This document shows positions 1 through 13,419 of a stretch of 64,000 nt of DNA, piece by piece. Source of the DNA: Lama guanicoe (taxonomy: Eukaryota); assembly GCA_013239625.1 (NCBI GenBank), contig MU053561.1, forward strand, positions 2,434,283 to 2,498,282, in the 5' to 3' direction. The position numbers and the translations under genes are program-made. The notes under the pieces were generated by a model. It did not search any database, had not been told where the DNA came from, and saw only the letters and a list, made by a program, of their open reading frames with translations. The stretch's first letter is position 1. Every line of letters begins with the position of its first letter.

Positions 1-616
1 GATCATCTTCTCTTTCATACTACCTTCCCCTCTGGAAAAATGGGGGAGGGGGATGGGGGAGTGCATTAGGACTTTCCCAAAAGACATTCTGGTATGAATT
101 CAAAGCCTAAGGAGTAACCGGTATTTTTTTTTCCACTGCAAGATAGTATAATAACAGCATTTAAGGAAATTTTGAAAAGAGCAGACAAAAAGTCATTCAT
201 GGTTCTATCACTGTAAATGACTATATTTTCTTTTCTGTTTTTGCCCTTTTTAAGCCCAGCTGTAAATCATTTTACATGGATATTAATAGAGTACCCTTTC
301 ATATTCTACTCCTTCCATTGTGCTTTTGTGTACTAAAATTAAATATTTTAAAGCAATTTTGCAGCTAAAAAAAAAATCTTGGCAGCTTAACATAGCAGCA
401 GTTGTAACTCTGGGCATTTCTGTACTTTTACTGGGTTGGGAAATGCCATATGGGGCCACCCTTCCTGGAAACTCACCCCCAAGGCCTGGCAGGATTCCCC
501 CATCTACCTGCCTCTCATTCTGCTCAATCTGTTATCCTGTTGCTTCTGAGCATCAGAGGTCCAAGCAACATACATTACTCAAGCACCTAACACGTTTTGT
601 ATTTAAGTACTTAGGA

Positions 617-950
617 CAGCGGTTCCCAAAGTGAGTTCTGAGGACATCAGTACTGCAGAATTTTCCCCAGAAGAGTTCTGTAGTCAAGCAAGTTTGGAAG
701 TGCTGAATATTGTTAGGCTGGACTACATGAAATTGCCAACATTCAATTGTTTTCGGCCTACAGAATGGTAATTTCAATTGGTTCAGCCTAACACATACTC
801 TTCTGGGACATTCACTATGCATATTAGCATGTTAAAACTTTTGAAAAGTACTATAGTTAAAGAAATCTGTTTGATGTGATTGAGTTAATGTAATCGTTTT
901 TTAAAAATAACACTTATTAATAGCCATCAGGATGCACTTTGGGAAACTAG
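617..950. mobile_element. Old hAT-Charlie-type non-autonomous DNA transposon (MITE), subfamily uncertain
   Basis: Imperfect terminal inverted repeats CAGCGGTTCCCAAAGTG ... CACTTTGGGAAACTAG resemble Charlie-family ends. Confidence 0.5.
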
Positions 951-2514
951 GGCTGGAGTAATCACGAAAGAACAGAAGTCATGGACAGAAAAGAAGCGCA
1001 TGAACACAGGAGCCCAGAGCAGCAGGGACGGCTGAGCAAATGCTCAGGAGGGAAAGAGCAGGTGGGTATTTTCCTTCCCAGGACTGCCCACCCACCTTTA
1101 ATATCCAAAGCCATCATGTTTTCCTGCCCATCCCCTTCTACAGTGACTCTTGACCAACCTCTGCTTTTCTCTCCCTCGTAAACATGTAGGGAGGATTCGT
1201 GCAGTGGCAGCCTTGGCTCGCCCCATATTCCTCAAATGACAGACACTAAGTAAACATGGGTATTATTTTGACTGCTCTCTCATTATACTTATTAATTAGT
1301 CCATCTTTTCAGGGTGTTATTATCATCCCAGTTCATAGGTGTGCATCTAATTTGCTTACGACTACAAGGTGAGCTAAGCTAGTCTGAACTCAGGGAGGAG
1401 ACTCTGCCCTGCTGGGGTGCCTCTGGGAGTGCCCCGCACATGCTCCAGAGAGAACGTGGGCATGTAGCCAGCTCTGAATATTGTTTTCCAGGCACCAGAG
1501 CCAAGTGTCCAAGACAGAATTGTTGGACGGGGAGATTCCGGTAGCGTACAGGGAGACAGTGGCTTGGCCGGGGCTGAATCCTCAATGCTTCCCCCACATC
1601 CCCCACCACGGAATTCTTCCCACAAGAGAGCCTTTAACAGGGTTGTCCATCATTCACACACTGCATGGTGGACATCAGTGTGGCTGGGCTTCTGTGGTGT
1701 GACTAGGCATTTTAACCTCACACGGGCCCTCTGGTCATCTAGCAGGTGTTAGTGTGGGCAGGAATTATCTGATACTCCAGGGAAGCACAAGATGAGAATT
1801 GAAAGGTAGGGCGTTGCCTCCCCATGAGAGTACAGAGTTCATTTAATGTTGTTTATTGTTGCATGGTGGGATTTAAGCGACATTAAATGGGACCCTGATG
1901 GTTTTGTGCCCTGCAGCGGAAGGCACTAGCCAGTTAGCGTGCTTACAGAAGACATTTTTGACTTCTCGGGGGCATTGCTACCAACATGCAATTACCAGGA
2001 AAAGTAAGAACAAGCCTGTTTGATTTCTCATGATGTGCATGGAAATAAAGCCTTTGACTTAGGCTCGCTGAAAGAGCGAACGTGGATGAGCTTTGAACAG
2101 ACCACGTCATCTTTCAGACCCTCACGTCTCACTTGTCCACTATCCGTAAAAATCAAATAATCTTCATGATATCTGCTGGGAGCTCTGAGGGCAGTAGGAA
2201 AGGGAAGGGCGTGGACACAGCTATTTCTCTTTGGCTACGCGGTGCATGGGAAAAGGACAGAATCTGGAACCAGAGGGGCCTGATTTGACTTTCCTTTCCA
2301 AATTTATCCTGTGTGATCCTATGCAAGTCACAGTTTTTCTTGTTAAGTAAGGGTAGGAAACAGACCTCCCAGAACTGCCTTGAGGATCAAAGGTGATAGA
2401 GTACAAAAGATGATCATGACAATGACGTTGAAGGCAACACACAGCTCTCCTGCATTATCTGACACATATCTTTCATTGAGAAGCTGCCTTGCCCATTAGA
2501 GGAAGATAACTTTT

Positions 2515-3425
2515 TTTTCATTTTTCAGTTTTATTAGGTAGAACTGATACAATTCGACTGCACATATATCAATATACTGCATGTAAATACATATATAAAA
2601 TATACTGTTCATTTTTTTTAGTTTACATATATGTACTGATCATTGTTTCTAAGAAGAGTTTAGAGCTTTAGCTTTTTAAACTTACATAGTTATCAAAGGA
2701 ATAAAGCCAATCACAAAATAAGAATGAGCAGAATGCTCATGTGCTTACACATATTCAAGAAATCAATCACCTAAGTTATAATTAATAAGTAGTTCATTTT
2801 TGTGTCCCTTTTTTTTTAGATTCCACATATAAGTGATATATGGCATTTTTCTCTTTCCAGCCCACTTCAGTTAGAATGATGATCTCCAGGTCCATGCATG
2901 TTGCTGCAAATGGCATTATTTTATTCTTTTTTATGGCTGAGTAGTATTCCATTGTATATATGTACCACATCTTTATCCAGTCATCTGTTGATGGACATTT
3001 GGGTTGTTTCCATGTCTTGACTATTATAAATAGTGCTGCCATGAACATTGGGGTGCATGTGTCTTTTTGAATTATATTTTTCTCAGGTATATACCCAGGA
3101 GTGGGATTGCTGGATCATATGCTAAGTCTATTTTTAGTTTTTTAAGGAACCTCTATATTGTCCTCCATAGTGGCTGCACCAATCTATACTCCCACCAAAA
3201 GTGCAGGAGGGTTCCTTTTTATCCACACCCTCTCCAGCATTTATTGTTTGTGGTCTTTTGAATGATGGCCATTCTGTCTGCTGTGGTTTCCTTAGCTGTG
3301 CAAAAGATTTTAAGTTTAATTAGATCTCATTTGTTTATTTTTGCTTTTATTTCCATTACTCCAAGAGCTGGTTCAAAAAATATATTGCTGTGATTTATGC
3401 CCAAGAGTGTTCTTCCTATGTTTTG
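2515..3425 (-). mobile_element. 5'-truncated L1 insertion with atypical 3' end
   Basis: ORF2 C-terminal peptide ([26 protein letters not shown]) on the minus strand; T-tract at the left; perfect 16-bp TSD GAGGAAGATAACTTTT at 2499-2514 and 3426-3441. Confidence 0.9.
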
Positions 3426-4765
3426 GAGGAAGATAACTTTTACAAAGTACCAAGACCCATACATATACTCTTGAATTTAAAATAGGCAGAATATTAAAAG
3501 CAATGGTCCTATATGTCCCATTGTTCATTTCTCTTTGGGTTCAGCTTCCAGAAAGTCTGTCTGTATCAGGGATGTAGCCTAACATTTTAGATCTCTTGGC
3601 CAACAATTTATGTCAGTTCTGGGGTTGGCCCTCCTGTGGGTTCACCACACAGTCCCAAAACCTCAGAAGCATGGCCTCCAATGTTAGGTTGTCCCATGTG
3701 TCCTTACACTTCTACAAGTTCTGCATACATCGTTGATTAATTTAACACATTTTTATTGATCATCTACTTTGGACCTGGCACCATAGTTCCTAGGGTCATG
3801 GTCATGTACACGGTATAGAGGCTACCATCATTTAGAGTACAGACTAGAAAGGGAGACAGGTAGGTAAACACACAGTTACAGCACTGGATGCTCAGGGCCA
3901 CCACAGGCCAGTTTCAGAATGATTTGGAATCAACTTCTGATCCACTTGTGGGAGTAGTGATTGTGGAGGGTGGTTAGAAAGACTTCCTGAAGGAGGAAGT
4001 GGCTTTCAATCTTGAGTGGGAAGAACCTCCAGGCGAAGGGCAAGACCTATGAGGTGGGGTGGGAATGGGAAGAGGAAGGCAGCGTGGTAACTGGAGAGAT
4101 GAGCATGAGCTGGATTTAATCTTCTCAACAACCAAATAAGGTGGACTTTATCCTCCCACTTTGCAGCTGGGTAAATCAAAGCTTAGAGAGAGATGAGAAA
4201 AGCGAAGGGGAATGTTTGGGAGAATGACTGAAGATGGGAAAAGCCAGCAAATGAAATCAAATCACTTCTGAGAATGATTTTCAAATAAGCAAGGAGAGGT
4301 GATGAGGTCAGGAAGCTACTGGTTAATGGCCAGACTCCACTGGGCCTATGATGTCTTCCCTAACTCTTTTCTCCTGGGGAACATCAATCTCACTGCTTAT
4401 CCATGATCACATTGAATACAGTGTACGCAAAGGGAGTGACAAATAGATCTACTTGCCTCCAAAGTCTCTACCCTTTCCTAGTCTAGAAAAAAAATAATTT
4501 TATCTCATTTTTAATACTAAGATTGAGGGTGTGGAGCCGCTGGGGAAGTCGGGGTGGCTAGGCTGGTGCAAGGCAGGTCTTAGGAGGCAAATCCCCTTAC
4601 GTTTAAGGTCATGGTAGCTGCCCTTTACCAAGAGCCCAGGAGCCCAGCTTCCCAAGAGTCTCAGTGATAAAACCCCAAATGCTATGTTCCACAGCCTTTC
4701 TGTGAAAGCCTTTAGACGTAAAACTCTAAAGTGTTAGGAATATTGGTATGAGAAGGCAGTGTGTG

Positions 4766-4992
4766 TTTTTTTTAATTGAAATGTATTTGATTTACAACAG
4801 TGTGTTCCTGGTGTACAGCATAGTGATTCAGTTATATATAACTGAATTTCTTTTTCATATTCGTTTTCATTATAGATGACTACAGGATACTGAATACAGT
4901 TCCCTGTGCTATACAGTAGGTCCTTGTTGTTTATTTTATATATAATAGTTTGTATCTGCTAATCCCAAACTCCTAATTTATTCCTCCCCCCA
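4766..4992 (-). mobile_element. L1 3' end fragment
   Basis: T-tract followed by the same L1 3' UTR motifs seen in other copies here (GAATACAGTTCCCTGTGCTATACAGTAGGTCCTTG). Confidence 0.8.
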
Positions 4993-5941
4993 ACAGAAAG
5001 CAATGTTTTGATCCTAAAAAGCTGTCAAGATCCTGGCTCTTTTGAAATCCCAGAAGGATTTTTTTTTTCCCTTAAAAAGATCCCCCAAAACTTCTGTGAT
5101 TAAACTGTAGGAAAAAAACTAAAGCTTTGAAAGCTTTGAACATGACCAAAACTTTGAAAAAAAAATCTAGCTGTTTTCTCATATTCTAGGTTGACATTTC
5201 TCATAGATAAAGTACTAGATCAATGAAATGCTTGACTTTAATAGATTCAGCAAAAAGTCATTATCTTTTCACTAACAGTGACCCCAGCATGTTCCATCTA
5301 TTCTGGTAAGGGTGTTACCTGAATGTCAGTGCTTATTTTCTGAGGCAGAAAGTGTGGGGCCTTCAAGAGAATCTTTAATATGTGTAGGGGGTTCTGCTGG
5401 CTTCCCGGGTTTCTACCCTTCAGGCAAATAAAATTGTAAAAAAGTGAGGCATAATATGGCTTTCATTAGCAATTCCCAAAAGATGTCAAAGGAAGTATTC
5501 AGTTTATCTGAAAATTTTGGGGCTCCTGGTGCTGTTTACCTAGGCTCCCAAACTGAGGTTCTTCTCTGATCGTGAACAGACTATGGGTTTATGAAGAACA
5601 CGTTAACCTAAAGGAAGAGAAACAAGTTACGGATAATTTCAAGCACACATTCATAGGGTCCTGGCTCTTCCCGTGGGAGCTCTACTGAGAGTACAAACCA
5701 CTGACCCAGGAAGCTGTTGCTAAGTTAACAGCCCCATGAGAGATCCTGATTGAAAGATTTCTATTCGCTGACCATCTAAAAGAGAGGTCACACCTATAAA
5801 TAGAGCGATATTTTCCTTATTTGTTTTACAAACGTTAATATAGGGTTAGTGGGGAAATTTTGGATAGTACAGGAAATCGCAAAAGAAACATATAAAATAT
5901 CAAAGTCTGTATCATCTCTAACCCAGAGATAACCACCATTA

Positions 5942-6417
5942 TGTTGCAGAAAAATGTGTTACAGCTCAGTGTTACAGCTCAGTTGTGACAGCAGCCCGGA
6001 TCTGGGCGAGAGACCAGACAGCACTGGGAGAGTTGGAGAACTCAGGTTTATTCCACCAGAAGAGTTAACACTCCAAGCTCTAGACCCTGTCTGTAGGTTT
6101 ACACCGGCTTTTATAGGCTGCCAGTTTACACTTTACAACATCATATGCAAATGAGGTATAACGAAAGTTGACTAATTAGGAACAAGCTTTGTAGAAATGG
6201 ACCAATCAGGAGGGAGAGAAATAACCAATCAGGAGTGAAGAAAATAACCAATCAGAAGTGAGCTCAGGGAACCAATAGAATTTTAGGGATAAGTAAGCCA
6301 GTTCAGAGGCAAAAAGTGAGATAGAGCCTCTGGGCCAGGGAACTGGATTGTGCTGGCAGGAGAGCAGCCGCCCTGCCTGAGGGTCCTGCCTGTCTTTTTA
6401 TGGGGCTTCCCACCTCA
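5942..6417 (-). mobile_element. Solo LTR, ERV1 class, 476 bp
   Basis: TG...CA termini; 4-bp TSD ATTA (5938-5941 and 6418-6421); minus-strand TATAAAA (6109-6115) followed by AATAAA (6047-6052); four tandem CCAAT motifs at about 6201-6278. Confidence 0.85.
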
Positions 6418-7130
6418 ATTAATGTGCCCTTCCAGTCTTTTTTCTCCCTAGATTTAATAAATGGTAGCATACAGTACATATTATTTTAGAAACCACTTTC
6501 TACTGATCAGTTTTGTGAACACTTCTTATATAAATAAACATTTCTTCTATGACGTGATTCTTTACAACTGTATAGTATGCCTCTAGAAAGGAACTTAAAT
6601 TTACTCAGTCAGTTCCTGATCCTTGGCCATGTAGGTGCTTCCAATTATTTGCCCACAACTACTGTGGTAATTTTAATCAGCACTATAGTTAACATCCTTG
6701 GAAATGCATCCTGTTGGTTCTTTAGAATGAATTCTTAGAAGTAGAATTACTGGATCAAAACTCACTAGGCACATCAAACCTTCTGATACATGTGGCCAAA
6801 TTGTCCTCCTATCTGACCCTAAATTTCACTCCAGCTCACACTCCTACCAACCATCTAGATCCCCAAAATAATTTCTGTGTAAGTCTTTTTCCAGGACCAG
6901 CACTAACCCCTGCCAACGTTTTGAAAAAGAAAATGGCAAATTTTGTATCTAATGATTCCACTTTTTCCAAGGTTTTGAGACTTTCTTTCTCATGTCTTAG
7001 CCATCACCTTCTTCATTTACCACCCAATCCTCCTCTCAGTAAAGTAACAAATAGACTCATTTACACCCAGGTATCAATGACTAATGAGATAAAATATTAT
7101 ACATTTTTATCACAAACAGAACCAAATTAA

Positions 7131-8577
7131 TTTCTTTTTTGTATATGTATATATTTATTGAAGTATAGTCAGTTTACAATGTGTCAATTTATGATGTACA
7201 GCATAATACTTCCGTCATACATGAACATACATGTATTCATTTTCATAGTTTTTTAGAAGTCATAAGATATTGAATATAATTTCCCTGTGCTATACAGTAT
7301 GAACTTGTTTATCTATTTTATATACATTAGTACCTGAAAACTCACAATTTATTCCTTCCCACCCCCTCCCCTCCAGTAACCGTAAGTTTGTTTTCTGTCT
7401 GTGAGTCTGTTTCTGTTTTGTAAATAAGTTTGTCTTTTTTTTAGATTCCACATTTGAGTGATATCATATGGTATTTTTCTTTCTTTTTCTAGCTTACTCC
7501 ACTTAGAATTAGAATTAGACATTCTACAGTTCCATTCATGATGCTACAAATGGCATTATTTTACTCTTTTTTATGACTGAGTAGTATTCCATTGTATAAA
7601 TATACCACACCTTCTTTATCCAATCATCTGTCAGTGGATATTTAGGTTGCTTCCATGTCTTGGCTATTGTAAATAGTGCTGTTATGAACACTGGGGTGCA
7701 CGTATCTTTTTGAATTAAGGTTCCCTCTGGATATATGCCCAAGAGTGGGATTGCTGGGTCATATGGTAAGTCTATTTTTAGTCTTTTGAGGAATCTCCAT
7801 ACTGTTTTCCATAATGGCTGTACCAAACTGCATTCCCACCAGCAGTGTAGGAAGGTTCCCTTTTCTGCACACCCTCTCCAGCATTTATCATTTGTGGACT
7901 TTTAAATGATGGCCATTCTGACTGGGGTGAGGTGATACCTCATTGTAGTTTTGATTTGCATTTCTATGATAATAAGCGATATTGAGCATTTTTTCATGTG
8001 CCTATTGGCCATTTGTATGTCTTCACTGGAGAATTGCTTGTTTAGGTCTTCTGCCCATTTTTCAATTGGGTTGTTTGTATTTTTGCTATTAAGTTATATG
8101 AGCTGTTTATATATCCTGGAAATTAAGCCCTTGTCAGTCTCATCTTTTGCAAATATTTTCTCCCATTCCATTGGTTGTCTTTTGTTTTACTTATGGTTTC
8201 CTTTGCTGTGCAAAAGCATACAAGTTTAATTAGGTCCTATTTCTTATTTTTCTTTTATCTCTATTGCCTGGTAGACTGCCCTAGGAGAACATTGCTGAGA
8301 TTTATGTCAGAGAATGTTTTGCCTATATTTTCTCCAAAGAGGCTTATATTGTCTTGTCTTATGTTTAAGTCTTTAAGCCATTTTGAGTTTATTTTTGTGT
8401 GTGGTGTGAGGGAGTGTTCTACCTCCACTGATTTACATGCAGCTGTCCAGTTTTCCCAACACCATCTGCTGAAGAGACTGTCTTTATTCCATTGTATGTT
8501 CTTGCATCCCCTGTCAAGGATTAATTGACCAAAAGTCTGTGTTTGTCTGGACTCTCTATTCTGTTTCATTGATCTAC
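7131..8577 (-). mobile_element. 5'-truncated L1 (ORF2 C-terminus plus 3' UTR)
   Basis: ORF track 7536-7826 ([32 protein letters not shown]) and 8261-8569 ([11 protein letters not shown]) are L1 ORF2 peptides; frame is disrupted. Confidence 0.92.
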
Positions 8578-11500
8578 ATTTCTTATTTTTAAGTTCTCAC
8601 TTTATTATAAAGCTAAAGATGAGTTATGGTGGGTTGCAGAAAGTGCCAGAGGTAGTAAAACAGAGGCCAGTTTTAAGAGAAATAAATGCCTCTTACTCCT
8701 AAAGCTGTCCTTGGACAAGCTTGCCCTTCTTGGAGTAACAGGGGAAACAATGAAATGTTCACAGCCTCTTCCTTCTCTCTCCATCTCCTCAGGAAAATCT
8801 TGGTACTTTCTGCCAAATCTCACACGCCAACTCACAACTATGAACTCAGTGGAGTAAACCATGCAGAGAAGTCTGAAGGGAGTATAAGAGAAAGGAGAGG
8901 GGATAGTGAATTTGCTGGTGAGAGAAGATCAGAGGCTGTGTGGGAGAAGACTAGAGAGTGGATTTCAGAGTTTGGAGAAATTTTCAAAAAGTGAAAAGTT
9001 TGGGGAGATAATATGAACAGAAGACAGGAAAGAGGATTTTTTTTAAAGGAAAAAAAGTTTTACTGTGCATTATTCATATAATGTCTTTTGATGTTTTCCT
9101 AGATGTCCATTGGTTTCAGTTAAACTTTTCTATTGGATTAATATTTCTTTGGCAATAATATTGTGAAAAACTGGACCCCAAGATGTTTGGGCTTTACATA
9201 GGTTATAATAGGAGCATATCTCTGGAGGTAGACAATATTTACATATAATAATTAAGAGCTGATTTCTAAATGTACATTTATATTGAGCTGCTAATTTTAA
9301 TTGTTTCCATGAAAATCTTCCCCAAAGTGTAATTTAAGTAGACATAACCCCAAAATAAAAATATGGACTGCCATTCAATTGGGCTGCTTCACAGACATAT
9401 TTTGATTCAGTGGAAGAAGAGTATGTTCCAAAATCAGTCAACTCAGTGTGACATTTATCAAATGTCTAGGATGAGTCAGGCACTGTCTGACACTTAGGGG
9501 AATAAATGTGACTGATATGTGGATCCAGCATGACCAGTAGGTTATAATCAAAGCACAACTTTATTGTCTCTTTCTGACCTTTTAAAGTACATTCAGCAGG
9601 GAAATACATGTTGAAACTTCTGAAGCCTCTTGATGGAAACTTGTCCTCTCCATCAGCTGGCTGATCCCTGCCTCAGCCCCCGTTTCCCCGCAGGTCCGCT
9701 TTGCACATGACTCTCAGTGCTCAGGTCCCCTCTCCCGGGTATTCCTGTTGGTGAGGACTCATCGTGGGTCTAGGATATCTGGCCTGTTGGACAAACTCAC
9801 CTATTCCTTGCCTCATAAAGGAGTAGTGCCCCCCAAATGCATATTCTCTTTCTCTGGTTGACCTATTCTAGACCACATTAAATTTCTCAGGTATGGCTTT
9901 GCCTATAGTCCATGGTGTCCCCACCACACCCCAGCTTTGTGCATTGTATTTGTGTGTTGGGAAGAGGGAGGAGTATATCCCCACAGCACAGAGAAAATTT
10001 TTTTTCTCCCAAGAAATACCTTCACAAATCTCTCTCAACTCTGAGCTCTCTTTCTATGCATCATCTGATGGAGGTGGCTAAGAATCACGGCACTGGTTGT
10101 CAAAGATTTCCTTTTTAAATTCTGCATAGTGACGCGGTCTCTTGCTTTGGTATGCAGGGTCTACTGTATTTTGTAATCTTGGTTGAAACTTTAAATTTAA
10201 CATCCCAGTGTTACACAAAAGTAAAAAGATACGGTGCCTGTCCTTGAGAAATTGAGAGGAGATTAAAGAAGACACAAATGTGTAAACAGATCATTTCAAT
10301 AAATGTGATGAGCCTCTGATAAGGAAATGTACAGGGGACAACGAGGACAAGGAGACAGCTTATGATACAAAATATTGCCACTTTTTTCCTTCAAACATCA
10401 CCTGGAAGAAGGCCACACACAGAAGAACGAGGAGTCTGTGTAGCTTGCAAGTGAGCTGAAAGAATGTGATATCATCTCAGGAACTTCATGCTTCAGAACA
10501 AATGCTATTGATTTGTCCCCCAGTTACTCATGTGCCTGGAGGAATAATTAAATTATAGGTTTGGGGTAATACTGTATAATTGGTTAAAGTGGATAGAAGA
10601 AAGGATCCTTTTTTAAGGGTTTGAAAGGAAGCCCAGAAATCTTGGCAGACAACTGTGAAAATAGTAATCCTCTCTGAATCTGCCTCAAGATATTGTAGAA
10701 ACAGGTCTGGTTCTGGAGCCCAGCCCCCTCTGATGTGTCTCAGTCCTGTGCTCTTGGCTCCACGGCATCTGTGACCATGCAGAGGACATCTGGGCCAGCA
10801 CAGCCCCAGACCTTAGAGGTGGACAGGGAGAATAGGGGGCCCATCCTCCACACCTGCCGCCTTATCCTCTGCATTCTCTCTCCTACCCAGTTCTTCCTCT
10901 TCATTTTCTGTGAATTTCTTTTCCATTGCACTTTCCCAGCCCCTTAACCCCAACGTGAAATATGGCATTGCAAAATTGCTTGGAAAATAGCAGGAAAGTC
11001 TAGGAATGAGCTTGCTCCTCTAATGCTGCTAAGGCAGGAAGAAGGGAGCTGGGTCCAGTTAAGGCCTTAACTGGAGTTACTGCTTCTGAGCCCCAGAGAT
11101 GTCCCATCTGGCTGTCCAAACAGGTACAGTCCCCTTTACACACTGAGAGGACCACACCAGGGTTGTGTGTCAGCGTCCACAGGACTGCTGTCATTTCAGT
11201 TATTTTGCCTATTGTCTCTCCAAGCCATTGAACAATCCCAGAAATTCAAATTCAAGTAATGCAAACTATGTCTTTCAGACCTCTCACACTTGGAAGTAAC
11301 ACACGTGACCATTGTCAAACCACGGTTTTCACTTTTGGAAAGATTTCTCCCATAACTAGAGACTATTTCAGAAGAAGAAGCAGCATTTCATGCAAGAAAT
11401 GCCACTTGGAACTGACCAGGGAATTCCCAACCCAGCTAAGTTCTGACTCTCATGGCCGCCCTCAGAAAACTTCTCTGGGAGAAGGTGGTTGCTTTCACTG

Positions 11501-12989
11501 GGTAATAAGAAAATTGCCTGGATGGAAAATGACCAACATCCTGGTCATTCCTGCATCTTTTCTGCTGGGCCCCCTGTCCATGCTGCACAATTCCATGGTC
11601 CTTCCTGGAATTCTTAGCTCCGGAAGTGATATATTTGACTGAAATGTGAAAAATTGTTTCTGTCCTTGGTTTGAGTAAGATATGCCTAGGAAGAGGGAAG
11701 AAACTAGGAAACGTTGTAAATAGGACACTAACAAAGCTGGTTTCTTATCCTGACTTCTGAAATCCAAGTCAAGATCTAACATGGGTGGTTAACGTGGCAG
11801 CTTTAAGGATACCAGCACTGGGTCCTTGTCTCATCTCCCTCTAGGTTAGGGGGGAGAGTAATGCTAATCAGTTTCTAGACTGAGGGAAAATTGGGGAGGC
11901 ATTCCTCCCAAGCCTAGTAGGATCCCTGGTCCCCAACAGAATCTGCCTCTGAAAGAGACCCTTCTCCCCTAACTCCACCTTCCACTCCTTTGGCCTTGAA
12001 ATACAACATACTTTGTATCCACAGTTATCTTGTTTCTTGATATGGGCCTTAGCCTCTTGGTAGCAGGAAAAAGAACTAACATTTTTAGGGCACTTGCTAC
12101 ATGCCAGGCACTATCCTACAGACATTATATACATCATGAAGAAAGGCACCAATTGGAAAATGTAGTTCCCTCTCTGGCCTTCAAATATTTCTGAATTTGA
12201 GCTCAAATCATAGCTTAAGCATTAAAAAGATTGTGGTGGTGCCCACCAATGCCCCCACCAACCAGCATGTAAGTCTTCAAATAATACAAAGGTTAAAGGA
12301 GAAACTGAGGCAAAGAATACTCAACTGATAAATAAGGTAAAATTTGACAGGCTTGCTGGCAGTTTTGAAGGAGTTTCTTAAATCGTGTCGTTTCAGGGCA
12401 GGTATGACTGAGGACAAGATTAAGGCTTGACTGAGGGTAGCTATGAACCAAAAAGTGTTTGCACAAGTTAAAAAATGCTTCCTTCTAGTTTTCCTGATTG
12501 TAAATTTCTGGATACGTTCATTGAACCTTAGGTCTGATTTTTGGCCCCTGTTTGCAAGTGTGCTGGTCAGGGGTGGGAGAGACAGGTTGCCAGCCCTGCT
12601 TTGCTAATGGCCTAGGGACAAGCTTATCTGCCTTGTGAATATTCAGTGCTGCTGGGCCGCAGGTCACCCTCTGCTGGCCCAGTAAAGCATGTTTCGGCTT
12701 ACCTCCTAGAGAAGTTCCTGGTAGCTTGGATCCCTGGATAGTGAAGCTTTGTCCATGACTTGTTTCTTTAAGCTGTTCAATATGCCTGAAACACATTCTT
12801 ATGATGACCATTAAAGCTGATTCTGGCCTATGATGAAGATATAAATCTTTTAAGTTTTTCTAGCATCATCTAGTAGTGTCTCTATTGGGCATGAAGCCTT
12901 AATGGTGGGTACCATATTATCTCCATATCACATCAGCATCCATAACACCTACTGGGTACTGCAGACGAACTTCACATCTCAAGTTTCCT

Positions 12990-13350
12990 TTTCTCTTAGC
13001 ACTTTGAAGATGTAATTCCATCATTTTTTTTGGCTTCCCTTGTTACTTTGGAAAGTAAGCTATTAGTCTAATTTTCATTCCTTTTTAGGTAATCTGTCTT
13101 TTTTCTCTTACTGCTTTTAAGATTGTTCGGGTACTTGTTCTACAGTTTCACTATGAAATGTCTGGTAGCTTTCTTTTTATTTATCCTACTTGAGATGAAT
13201 TGAGCTTTCTGAACCTGAAGATTGGGATCTTTCATGAATACTAAAAAAAAACCCTCACTTTTTCTCTTCTAATATTGCCTCTTATTCTCTATTCTCTCTT
13301 TCTGGATCTCTGGTAAAATGTATATTAAAATTTCTCACTTTGTTTTTTGT
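12990..13350 (-). mobile_element. Ancient L1M fragment, apparently continuing after about 19512 and split by the younger L1
   Basis: T-rich sequence resembling antisense old L1 ORF1 region; similar composition resumes at 19512-19950. Confidence 0.45.
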
Positions 13351-13419
13351 CTTACCTTCTATTTTATATATATTTTATGTATATATAATATCATTATAAA
13401 AAGTATTATATATACACTA

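Noticed and set aside
1..40. GATCATCTTCT at the window start as the end of VTCN1 exon 1 (..QIIFWS)
   Set aside because: It continues CTTTCAT rather than GGAG/GT; there is no Trp codon or donor. No exon 1 match was found in the window.
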